Both the position numbers and the translations under genes were made by a program. DNA of 64,000 bases, taken from Octopus vulgaris. Its lineage: Eukaryota. The stretch covers positions 70,866,001 through 70,930,000 of the forward strand of contig OX597832.1 of assembly GCA_951406725.2 (NCBI GenBank). The letters run 5' to 3'. Shown one piece after another: positions 1-12,176 of the stretch; position 1 is the first letter of the stretch, and every line of letters begins with the position of its first letter. Below the pieces are notes generated by a model that was given only the letters and a program-made list of their open reading frames with translations, was not told where the DNA came from and searched no databases.

Positions 1-1368
1 CATGCATGTGATATATATATATATATATATATATATAGACGAAATTACATACGCATGTATATGTCTATGAATATATGCATTTATGCATGTATCTCTGTGC
101 GCGCGTGCGTGCGTCTCTATATGTGTCTAAGCAAAGTGACTGTTGCTCAATCTCTTGTCAATGGAGGAAACACGATTCCTTGAGTTAATCCGCTCTTCTT
201 ATAAACAAAGAACAACCTATATACAACTATAAATGACATATTGTGAATACGTGGCCTTAATCAAGCGCCTACAAGTGTGATCTTCGTAATTTTGATACTC
301 TGGAGCATGAAGTCTTGAAGGATTGGCTTTTGATAGCGATTTCTTACTTGACACAAACTCATAATCATTATATTCTCTTCATTTCATTTTTTAATTATTT
401 TCTTTAACAAATATTTAATATTACAATCGTTCCACTTTAATGAAAAGGATTTACCGAAAGAACGAGTGATTTCTGACGGTTTTCTGGTCAGAATGATTTT
501 CTGTATTTGTTTTTTATTTCGAAGCTCTACAAAATCATCGAAAATTTCACCTACGAACTGAGACGGGTGCAATAATGAAAATGGACCTTTGAAACCATTG
601 TTAAGAGAAAAGTCAATGGTGGTATTGGATAGAAAATCTTGCGGAATTCGTTCCGACTCACCGCACGTCGAGTTCAAAATCCCGCCGAGATCAAATTTAC
701 CCTGTCACTCTTTGGCGGTCGGTGACAAAAATGTAACAATCCAAGGTAGCGGTGGATTAGCAGAATTGTTAGGGTGCTTGATGGAGTACTTTGCGGTATC
801 TGATCTGATCGTATGCATTCTGAGTTCAAACTGTGTCTTGCACAAAAAAATCAAATACGGTGACATTTCTGTGAAGGAGTTACGACCAACAAAAAATTTC
901 AGCTGTTTGACAAAAGAAAAACAATGGACCCTAGTTTAAATATTTGTAAAAATAAACACCGGCTTCTCAAAATTAAGAATAAGGATCAAGGCTCTAAAAA
1001 TATGTATTCAAATATTGTGGATAAATGTTGGAATATTAGTTAGACTTCATTAGTTGGAAAATGTCTGGGTCTATTTTTACAGATCCTCAATCAACGTCTT
1101 TATAAAATTAGTGATGTATTCTTCAAGTTGTGCCAGTTTAAGCATCTAACGCATTTCAATTCACTCTCACCTCATGTCTCCATAATGTTTATTATCATCT
1201 TCGCATTGCTGTGTCGACAATTAGAACAGTCATTTTCGCTATCATAGAAAATTAGCCAGATTTTTTATGGGTTTCCTGGGGGCAGGTCTCCATATTGAGG
1301 TTCCATACTACTTTGGTAATATCATTTACTAAGACAAGTAGAGAAGTTCATAGGAGAGGCATTCTTCT

Positions 1369-1386
1369 TATTCTTATTATTAATTC

Positions 1387-1473
<87 letters not shown>

Positions 1474-1495
1474 GCAGTAGTAGTAGTAGTAGCAG
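1369..1495. repeat. (TTA)n/(TAG)n microsatellite
   Basis: Tandem trinucleotide run visible directly. Confidence 0.95.
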
Positions 1496-1681
1496 CAACG
1501 GCAGTAATAGCAGCTATTGTAGTTGTTATTGTGGTGATGGTAACGGGGATATATTTTGAAATAGATTTTGAAAGTTACAAATAATTTCATTTTTTCCTGA
1601 AATATATGTCAAAGATTTGTGTGCGTGCCAAGTGACATGTATGTATATAAATATGCAAATATACATGCATATATATATGTA

Positions 1682-1712
<31 letters not shown>

Positions 1713-1990
1713 CTATGTGTGTGCGCGTGCCTGTGCGTGTGTGTGTCTATGTGTGTGCGCGTGTGTGTGTGTACATATATATACATACATACGTATAGGC
1801 ATGCGATTGCTTCCTCTAACAGCCAACATATTATGACACCCGTATGCATCATTAATTTCCTAAGCGGGTTTCTCCTTTCCTAACTATCTTCCTTCAGCCG
1901 CATTCCTTCCAGGCTTCTATTGCACTCATTTTCTCCACCAACCACCTTTTTATCTTTCACTCTCCTCTTTTACTTTTTTTTCCTATCATT

Positions 1991-2027
1991 CTTTCCTGAC
2001 GAAGTACTTGTGCCTGAAGCGTCAAGA
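1991..2027 (+). ncRNA. Degenerate minimal hammerhead-like motif (PLE-type)
   Basis: CTGACGA (1996-2002), short stem II, GAAG in place of GAAA, CG-TC. Stem I is poor. Confidence 0.3.
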
Positions 2028-2494
2028 CAGTTTGCAGCTTTCAGATTTAATCACATACATTTTCTAAAACTTATCACTCCAGTGTTGTCATTTTTTTTTG
2101 TGTGTTCCTTAGCATTCACTGTGTGTGTGTGCGTATTGTGTGTGTGTACGCGCGTGCATGTTGATTCAATATATAACACTAAGCTTATTGCGCGCAGTGT
2201 TCCTCAGCTACAAAACAATTGCCCAGGTACACAACAGATCACGTAAATTAAAACTTGCCGACATCTTAGCTGAGAATTACAGAACTTGTATCTTGCGTAG
2301 TCCATTCCTTACAAGTATATCACTTAGTTCAATTCAAATATCTTTTCTTTCCCTCTTGCTGAAGAAGGTTTTGCCTATGTTTAATGTACAACCGGCTACT
2401 TGAAACACATACGTGTTCTGATTATTTGACATATTATTCTGTAAAATATTCGATTTGAGCTAATTGTAATTTAGTTAAAGGGAACATGTTATCA

Positions 2495-2690
<196 letters not shown>

Positions 2691-2781
2691 TGTATGCATA
2701 CGCACACATATATCCATGAATTTACACATTTATATATTATGTAGATGTATATTCCTATATATACGTAAGTTTATATATATA

Positions 2782-3225
2782 CTAACAGACATACCCGGTG
2801 ATGTCGGGGTTAAAGAGAATAATGAAATTTATAAACACCGTCTAGATTACGCAGGTTTCAGCTGCTAGTAGCTGATATACCAACTTTCTACATTAGTCAT
2901 TCTCAAAACCCATGCCAGCATGGAACATAGACGTGAAGGGAAATGTTAAAATAAAGTTTTCAACCCATATTTGTATATAAAGTAAATACATGTAATTCAA
3001 AAGCACGTTTTGTGTAGCTTATTCCGTAACCAAAAAACAGTTACAGATTATAAACAATGGAAGGCCGATTTTGGTGATTCATTTGATTCATTTGACAAAT
3101 AAGATAGATATAGGTAGATAAGATATAGACAGATAGATACAGAGAGATAGATAGATATAGAAATAGAGATGAATAGAGAAATAAGCAAAAGCGAATGCGC
3201 ACACGTCTCTATTTTATATATTAGA
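2782..3225 (-). mobile_element. Degenerate non-autonomous Helitron-like element
   Basis: Minus strand starts TCTAATATATAAAA and ends with a CCCG..CGGG hairpin then TTAG. Same layout as the clearer copy at 44972-45354. Confidence 0.45.
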
Positions 3226-3518
3226 TGAGATTGTGATAATTTTTTGACCAATGAATGTAAAGTTATTTCTGAAAGTTACTTCACAAAGAGTTACCTCCTT
3301 TCTCCACGTAACCCAAGAACGAGCATTTTCTGCCCCCAGGAGACCCGTTACTCATTATATAAAAACTCTTAAGAGTCTGAAACCCTCTCTAAAACATAAG
3401 TATTGTATGTTCCCAGTTTGGAGAAAATCAGTTGAAAAATACGGCCTTATAATCTTTTACACACACACACATACAGAACGGGATTTATAGATATAAATAG
3501 GTATATACATATACATGC

Positions 3519-3605
<87 letters not shown>

Positions 3606-3620
3606 TTTGTGTGTGTGTAT
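3519..3620. repeat. (TA)n/(TG)n microsatellite
   Basis: Visible directly. Confidence 0.95.
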
Positions 3621-4039
3621 ATGAGTGTGCATAAGACACAAAACAAAAGGTGTGCGATATAAAATGATTTTCTAAAACTTAAAAACAATAAAAATTTTTA
3701 AAAAACAGGTGCATCATGAATTCTTTTCTTTGAAATTGAATTATGATATTTTTCTTCGGTAGATTTTTGTCTGTATCGGTGCTACTTAAATGTGTATCTA
3801 AATAAAGTCAGGAATTTTCAAGTTGCGATGCAAAGATAATACGTGAAAAATCTGGCGTCAGTTCCAATTATAACAGAGAATGGAAAGACTATTGAATGTG
3901 TTAAAAAATAAATAAGGTTGAACATTTTTGTTGCCGTTATTTGATAACCTATGTAAGAACACAGCGACATTAATAGTAATCACTATCATAAGTGTTGATG
4001 TTGTTGTCGTTGTTACTGCTGCTGCTGCTACTGCTGCTT

Positions 4040-4250
4040 TGTTGGTGAACTAGTACAATGGTTAATGCGTCGGATAAAAGCGTAAAGCTGCATTTCTTCC
4101 GTTTCTATGTTTGGAGTTCAAATTCCATTGAAGTCAACAATTCTTTTCGTTCTCTTTTGAGGTCAATACATTAAAGTACCAGTGAAGTACCAAACTCTAT
4201 GACATCGACTACCTCCTTCCTCGGTATATATTAGGAACAATTATTATTAT
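4040..4250 (+). mobile_element. Degenerate tRNA-derived SINE (same family as 13370-13603)
   Basis: GAGTTCAAATTCC B-box followed by a decayed GAGGTCAATACATTAAAGTACCAG central domain. Confidence 0.55.
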
Positions 4251-5002
4251 TATCTCACGCAGTTTTCACACGCCTGTTTGTACTGCCTCAAATTTTGACC
4301 ATACACGTAGCATTGCTACATGAAATGTTCTTTGCGGTCGTTACTTGTTGAGAGCCTTAACTCGATATATAGGCGAGACACGATAACAATATTAGGAGGT
4401 TTGTTTTGGAAACTTTTAAATGGATTTATTTGCACACACTACATGTTAACATGTGCATAATGACACATATTACATATTTACTCATATCTCATGTTAGCCA
4501 AACATAAAATTGGCACGACTGTCCACTGCAACAGAAAATGTAAAAACAGCAACATAAAAAAAGACACTCAAACGGTCAAACGAGTTGGTTTCTCTGTAAA
4601 ATTCCTATGGAAACTTATAATTTGAAAGGAGTATCTATACTTTGTTGTCTAATGTATCTGCGTTGTTTACGATGGTAGTGCATACTTCGACGAAGATTTA
4701 GTTGCTATTTCTAGCAGGTCGTGAGATCATTTTAATACTCGCCGATGATTTTCGTGTTAGGATGGCGTTGTCAGATAAGCAAAAGCTGATCATCGTTTGA
4801 GCTCACTGATGGTTGAAGGTGTTGTCACACTTTTGTTGTTGTTTAAACCCAGGTCACCTTTAATCAAAAAGACATTCGATCAAAGACATTGTCTTAGTTA
4901 AGAACGACCCTTATGTTCTCCAGCAGTTATTGTTGTTGTTCTGATTGCTGTTGTTATTGTTGTTGTTATAGTCTTTCTTAATCCCTAGATCTGTTCAGCC
5001 GA

Positions 5003-5152
5003 TGGCGACTGGAGTTACATTTATTGAAACCGGAAGAGTGAAAGCCAAAGTTGACATTGGCGAGAGTGAAATCAAAATGTGAGAAGCTGGAATAAATGCC
5101 CGAAGGCATATCATCCGATGTCACAAATGACTCTCCGAAATCGTCGCTTCCA
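5003..5152 (-). mobile_element. Degenerate SINE (same family as 13370-13603)
   Basis: Minus strand GTCAACTTTGGCTTTCACTCTTCCGGTTTCAATAAAT matches the family's central domain. Confidence 0.45.
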
Positions 5153-5610
5153 ACAACAGTATTCAATGTGGCTCTTCTTTCTTGGCAAAAAAGGGTTTAT
5201 TACTAGCGGCCAATTCGACTTCTTCGAAGAACTCAACCAACCGCGGTTGGTTTTTTTTTTTTGGTTTTTTTTTGTTTGGCTTTTTTTTCTTTTTAATATT
5301 TGTGACCTTTTGCCAATGGAAAGAAGGAAATAGCATTTCTGGCCAAGAAAGTAGTTTTTTCTCTTTGTTTCTCTATCGAATAAGATCCTTTTCCAAAATT
5401 TTGTAATTGCTCTTTCTAAAGAATTTCTATTATATTAGTATATATATATATATATACAGAGAGAGAGAGAGAGAAATAGATAGATAGATATTTGGTGGGT
5501 GGGTTATATTATTTAGTCTTTTTTATAATCTATTTTTGCTTGTTTACTTTATTTCGTGTGAGTATATATATATATATACATTTACATATACCTATATATA
5601 TATATATATA

Positions 5611-6397
5611 TTCATAATTAATCAATATAGGGTGGCAAAAAATTTCGCAGAATTTTTTTGCCACCAGCGGCCTAGTGGGAAAAAAATTAAATAGTCATAG
5701 ACCATTTATAAATTCAACAGCAAAATCAAGGAACGGCCATAATAGGCCATTCACCCACTAGAAATAACAGCCAAGGCTTCAACCGCAAAACAACATTAAT
5801 TCCGTAAACCAGGAGAAAATTTAAAAAACATTTACCCTGTTTTGCGGTTGAAGCCTTGGCTGTTATTTCTAGTGGGTGAATGGCCTATTATGGCCGTTCC
5901 TTGATTTTGCTGTTGAATTTATAAATGGTCTATGACTATTTAATTTTTTCCCACTAGGCCACTTGGTGGCAAAAAATTTCGCAGAATTTTTTTGCCACCC
6001 TATATTGATTAATTATGAATTTTCTGGTTAATTCCGTAATGGAATCGGCGGCTTATATTTACTGCCGATAAATTTGGCGCGAGTGCGATGATTTGAAAAT
6101 TTTAGGTCAGATATTACTGAGACAGTGGTGAAAGTGCCTCGTGTAAATATCTGCTCCGACCTGGCCGTTCTTTACTGATGAATCTATCGGCCTATGGAAG
6201 ACTAGCTTGATTTAATTTAATCAGGTTAGTTTACCATTAAACAATAGAAGAAACGGTGCATCGTATAAAGAATTACAGGGTAAATGTTTTTTTAATTTTC
6301 TCCTGGTTTACGGAATTAATGTTGTTTTGCGGTTGAAGCCTTGGCTGTTATTTCTAGTGGGTGAATGGCCTATTATGGCCGTTCCTAAATTTTGCTG

Positions 6398-6398
<1 letters not shown>
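5611..6398 (+). mobile_element. Non-coding PLE pLTR / retrozyme-like insertion: inverted 5' segment plus 485-nt unit with terminal direct repeat
   Basis: 5611-5840 is the reverse complement of 6275-6325 joined to 5840-6020. 5838-~5912 recurs at 6323-6398 (offset 485). Contains a hammerhead. Flanked by (TA)n on both sides. Confidence 0.8.
6168..6272 (+). ncRNA. Type I hammerhead ribozyme motif with extended stem II
   Basis: Stem I TTCTTTA/TAAAGAA; CTGATGA 6175-6181; stem II TCTAT/ATAGA enclosing a long hairpin; GAAA 6250-6253; near-palindromic stem III CGGTGCATCG; GUA site at 6263-6265. Confidence 0.8.
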
Positions 6399-6467
<69 letters not shown>

Positions 6468-6530
6468 TACATATATATAGATTTATACATACAGTATATA
6501 TTACTTATATATATGTTAGATATATACATT

Positions 6531-6568
<38 letters not shown>

Positions 6569-6623
6569 CATATATCTTTCATATTTTATATGTATACATA
6601 TGAGTATACATACACACACATAC

Positions 6624-6655
<32 letters not shown>

Positions 6656-6690
6656 ATATACATACATACATACATACATACATACATACA

Positions 6691-6726
<36 letters not shown>

Positions 6727-6740
6727 TATATATACATACT
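6399..6740. repeat. (TA)n/(TACA)n microsatellite
   Basis: Visible directly. Confidence 0.95.
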
Positions 6741-7555
6741 TGATTTATTATCACGTTTTCAATGTTTGATATTTCATTTCTTTATAATCAAATCTTTTCT
6801 TCATATTTTTTAGCGACTTGCTTTTAATTCTATTTTCCATTCCGAATTGTAACAAATTTTTATCTTACTTTTTCCTTCATTTCTTATTTCTGCTCAAACT
6901 GAATACAAAATAAATTTTTTAAAAAACTGTTGACTTCAAAAATTCGTTGTAAAGCTACGATTGCAAAATGGCGATTTAACCTTTGAAATAAGAACTCGGG
7001 AAATTTTTCTTTTTATGGAGATTGATTCAGTTCATAGTACTATTTCTATCTTTCTCCTTCCTTCTCTCTTTCTCTCTCTCTCTCTCTCTTTCTTTCTCTC
7101 TAACTCTCATCTAACTCCCATCTAACACCCCTCCCACCTAAATCTCCCTTTCTCCTATCTTACTATTTCTTTCTCTTTCTCTCTCTTATACGCACGCAAA
7201 CACGCGCACACACACATACACTTACACATACACACATACATGCACCTACACTTTCCGCCTCCATTAGTATCTTTATCCAGAAATGGCAACTGTTGTTATT
7301 GTTACCATCATTTATTATTATTATCATCATCATCATCATCATTAGAAAGTGTAATGGGTGTCTGAATTAGTAGAGAAACCATCCAGATAGCTTGAGATAT
7401 AACGGACAACTCTGATTTAATACCAGCGAAGTTAATTCTGCTTTTCATCATTACGAAATCGATAAAATAGAATAGCAATCGAATACTGGGGTTAATGTAA
7501 TCAACTGCTCCCGCCTATACCGAAACTTCATGTCTTCTCCCTATAGTAGAAAGGA

Positions 7556-7557
7556 TT

Positions 7558-7604
<47 letters not shown>

Positions 7605-7632
7605 TATTACTTTCATTATTATTATTATTATT

Positions 7633-7665
<33 letters not shown>

Positions 7666-7696
7666 GCTGCTGCTGCTGTTGTTGTTGTTGTTGTTG

Positions 7697-7761
<65 letters not shown>
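7556..7761. repeat. Compound (CAT)n/(TTG)n/(TTA)n microsatellite
   Basis: Visible directly; abuts the 3' end of a Dong-like element. Confidence 0.95.
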
Positions 7762-9270
7762 AGTTTGACTTTTGGTTTGTATTTGTACAAGTTGACTCCA
7801 AATCTGCCCCAGAGATCTGAAGAGACAAGTTAGAAGTTCATGTTAGTGTTATGCCTCGGGTGTCATTATATTTGGTTTTGCACATAGTATTTTACGTAGG
7901 ATATGGGCAGTTCCCATGAGCACTCTCTTTTAAATTTCTGCCATTTTGGGGATTCCTGGTATCTGAACTAGGTATCAGCCTCTTTGCTATCATTAATAGG
8001 GCACCTATGACATCAGGCATTGTTTTAATCTTGAGGTTTCACATTTTGCCAATTTCTATTTCAAGATCTTTATACTTGCTCAGATTTTGGTAGGTCTTGA
8101 CAGATATGTTTATATCGATTGCGACAGTCATATCAATGAGGAGGCATTATTTTCGTCTGAAGTTTTTCAATTTGATATCTGGCCTATTCGCATTTATCTT
8201 TCTTTATCTAATGTTGTTGTTGTTTTTGTTATTTAAGACGTTACACAGAGTCCAATATTGTGATGCTGTTGATTGAAGATATTATATCTACCGGGGGTTT
8301 GTATTGTCTATATATTCTTTCTTGGCCAAGACTAGACAGCCAGAGACAATATGATTTATTGTTTCTTTTCCATCTCCACATATTCTGCAGTTACTTTTAT
8401 TTATTTACATTATGCCTTTTTGGTGGTTTCTAGTGGCAAGGCTTTCGTCTTGTGCTGCAATTAAAAATCTTTCACTCTGCTTTGAGTCCTGAGCTTCTCA
8501 GCTACTGTTGGGATTTTGCTTTGTCTATTTCTTTTCTGCTTAGTTTAATCCAATATTTTCCATGAAGGGGCTTTTCTTGCCATAGTTTTAGTATGATCCG
8601 TTGCTGTTCCAGTTTTAGTTTGGATTTCAGTTGTTTTACAGTTTTTGTTGTTTCTTCATTTTCTTCATAGTTGTTAGGTACTATCACTTCTTTTTTGTAT
8701 TTGTCAACTTCCTTAAAAACTGAAAGCAGTTTTTGGTTTGTTTGTGGCTTGTGGATATTTGTATTAGCTTTCTTTGCTTCTAAAGTAAGTATTTCTGTAG
8801 TCCTGTAGCGGTTATTTTGTAATAGCTTTTTACCTGTATAAGGACTCTACCAACTTCGATACGTGTTACATATAGCCTTTCTATGTGAGATTTTAGGTAG
8901 TGCATCCTAAATCCCGTCATTATTTTTCTTGCCTTCCTATCTATTTTGATTAGTTTATTTAGAGTCCAGTTAAAGATATTGTAGCTGTAACTTATAACTG
9001 GGACGGCTAGGGTGCTGATACCTATTAACTTGTTTTTTAGCATTGGGCTCTGTTTTCAGTGTTAATCTAACTCGTCTATAGTATTCTTCCTTTATTTTCT
9101 CTTTTATTTATGCGTGTTGTATCGTATCTAGTTCATTGATTCCTAAGCATTTGTATATCTGGTTTTGGTCTAATTCCCTTATTTCATTTTCTTTATCTAA
9201 TGTGATGTTGCTACTCTTAACTAGTTTTCCTCCTTTCAAAGTTGCTTTAGCACATTTTTCTCAGCCAAAT
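7762..9270 (-). mobile_element. R4/Dong-like non-LTR retrotransposon, decayed 3' part
   Basis: Fragments LAVPVISYSY..IDRKARKIM..ERLY and WQEKPLHGKYW, plus RLE-type NRPDI..LLIDMTV. Ends in (TAA)n. Confidence 0.8.
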
Positions 9271-10104
9271 TCCTATCTTAGAGGCTCGTTTTGGTTTTTC
9301 ACAAAGCACTGACTTTCAATCGAAAGACGTAGCGAACCATCGTGCTAAGAACTAAACGCCGCCGTCTGTGATTCACTACAACCACCAACCAGTTCAGAAA
9401 ACTTTTTTGTGGAAAACCACATACCCTTTACTTGACACCCAGATGCGATACAAGACAAATGCTAAAGAGACAAATTTCAGGCCACTCCGGACATGAATGA
9501 ACAGCTGCATCGTTGACGTTTGCTAATAGAATCTTAACGGACAGGACTTGGATCATCCTGTGACCAAAAGTGGCAGATGCTCAGCTTCAAAGTGTTATAA
9601 ACTCATCTTAAGTCTCCTTTAGTAATAATAACAAGAAACAAGCACACAGCTTAAACACACACACACATATGCATGCATGTGCAAGTGTGTGTGTATATAT
9701 ATATGTGTGTGTACATGTATGTATAAATATGTATATATGCATTAATATGTAGACATATACAAATATATAGATATATACGAAAGTGTGTATGTATATTTAT
9801 TTGTGCGTGTGTGTGTTGGGATGGATCAATAATGGACAATACCTATGTTAGATTACACACACAAACACACACACACAAACATACATACACAAAACACACA
9901 CACATACACACATAACCAAGCAAATATACATATATGCAATCCGGGAGATTTAGTGTTTTATGTAACAACACAACTTTGAAATAATCTTGATTAGAAAACT
10001 CGAATATGCGAATAATTTAACGAACACTGCTGACTGCGCGAGGAAAGACGCCTTCTTTATTGATTTCACACAGAGGCACACACACACATACTCTCTCTCG
10101 CCCC

Positions 10105-10158
<54 letters not shown>

Positions 10159-11479
10159 TACACACATGCACATCCACTGTTACTCCACCATTTTCTCGAT
10201 GCAGTAATATTTCAATACATTCTATCGGACGACAGATAATTGCTATGTAATTGGTAGTTGGTAGTTAGTAGTGATTATTAGTCTTTATTAGTGGTTATCG
10301 GTGGCTACTAGTGGTTTGTGATTCGGTTTGTTTCCCTTTTTTATTATTTTTCTTTATTTTTGTTGTTATTTTGTGTTTGTGACATTCTACAACAATTATT
10401 TCTTTTATAAATAATTCATAAAGAACAGCGAATGTATGCAATTATTGGAGAAATTTATTTTGTTCCGTCTTTAAGGATCTTATTTTGTTTTTGCTCATGT
10501 CGTTTTGCATATTCTTCTGTGTGTGTGTGTGTGTATAACTATTACAACTTTAAAACCCCATACGTAAAGTGTACCACAAGGTTCATTTCTGTCACCTGTT
10601 TGATTTACGCAAAATTTTCCACTCCGTCTTGTTAGTATAAGACTAACCTGGGCAGAAAAATGGTAGATATCATTTTTATTTTAGTTAAATAAATAGAGTA
10701 TAGCAAGGTTCAGTTTTTGATCCTCGCTTTTTATGCAACATATATTTTCACTTTATTGTATATAAACAAAAATATTCTTTTGTTTTGTTGTTATATTTTC
10801 AGAGATGGAAGTAGAGTTGTTTTATTTCAAGTTTTACCCATTTACTTTTTCACTATACTTTTTCAATACCCCTCCCCGCCCATTCTGTGTGACACAAAGT
10901 TCAACCGTAATAGTTCCATGTCTGTTATGTCTTATTTTATTTCCTCTTGACTGTACGAACGTAGTGGATTTCTGGCTTTGATTGTTTTTCATGTTTGTTT
11001 ATTTGTTTAATTCGTATTTTGTGTTTATTTCCTGTATCATTTGACAGACAGGTGGGTGTAGATCATGGCGTTCATATATTCTTTATACAGTGTAAAATGC
11101 CGTATGAAGAGAAGAAAACAATTTTAGCGCAGTATTTCATTGCTATTGAAAGTGTAGCAAATAACCATTTATTTTAAATTTATTATATGGAAGAATATGC
11201 ACGTTATGATAGATATTCTTTGAGTTGGTAGAAATGGTTTGGGGTGATCAATGGAACTTGTGTCTGTTATATTTTCTACAGTAATTCCCATATAATTTTG
11301 AAACTGCCAATAGGCAAGACTGGGTATTAACAAGATCACTTCACCAACAACGTGGTTTCCCGTTGGATTCCGTTTCAAGTCACCTGGAGCAGTGATAACA
11401 GATACTTGGTAGTTGCCAGTACAGTAAAACTAATTAGTTTTATTGTGTTCTTCAGTTCATTACCAAATATATAAAGGCG

Positions 11480-11600
11480 TTAAAGCGTCGACCAAAATAT
11501 TTTGCTGGATTTAGTTCCCCTCCTTGAGTCATGAGTTCAAATGGCTTCAAAATCAAGTTTATATTTCATCTTTACGGGCTAGATAAATAAAGTACTATTC
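11480..11600 (+). mobile_element. Degenerate SINE fragment
   Basis: GAGTTCAAAT B-box followed by TTTCATCTTTACGGGCTAGATAAATAAAGTAC. Confidence 0.45.
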
Positions 11601-12176
11601 TCGAGGTGGCATTTCCATTATAGCATCGCATATATCCCCTACAATGCTCTGACGAAAGCGTTAGAACATCACAAGAGATGTTCTCCGGTATCTGTTCTGG
11701 TTATTTGCGTCATTCGTTTAAATTCGCAGAGATATCTATACGCGTGGTAGATTTTATGCTGGTTTAACACCACCATTGGGACATTGAGCGATTTTAACGG
11801 AATCCACCCGATTAAAAACATTTCGACCTGGTTTCCGGTTGATTTTACTTTCCTCACGCTTAGTGGTGGGGGTCCGAAAAGAGGGGTTGTAGGCACTAAC
11901 TCTCGGCTAATTGCTTTGGATATATGCTATACTACTTATTGACTTATTGAGTATTTGAACGATTTATTAATATATATGCAATTGATAACCCCAGTTCTCA
12001 AAGAGAAGCAACTTCAGGGAAGTAAATACAGTAGCATACTTAATCTAAGTGTGGTTCCGTAGTTTATTTTCCCTTCTGTATCAGTGCCTTTCACACATTC
12101 ATTCTAAATACAGGATTCACTATTATAAATTTTCTTTATTCTCCAAACAACATAAATAACATAAATTTTTGTTCTT

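Noticed and set aside
384-939. Two overlapping ORFs near the window start
   Set aside because: No recognisable domain. Likely a non-coding DNA-element remnant that I cannot classify.
6108-6153. Second hammerhead upstream of 6175 (CTGAGA..GAAA..GTA)
   Set aside because: The core lacks a nucleotide and stems II/III do not form. It is better explained as a simple hairpin CAGATATT/AATATCTG.
11644-11669. CTGACGAAAGCGTTAG hammerhead-like string
   Set aside because: There is no stem II. It may be a collapsed relic or a plain hairpin, and support is insufficient.
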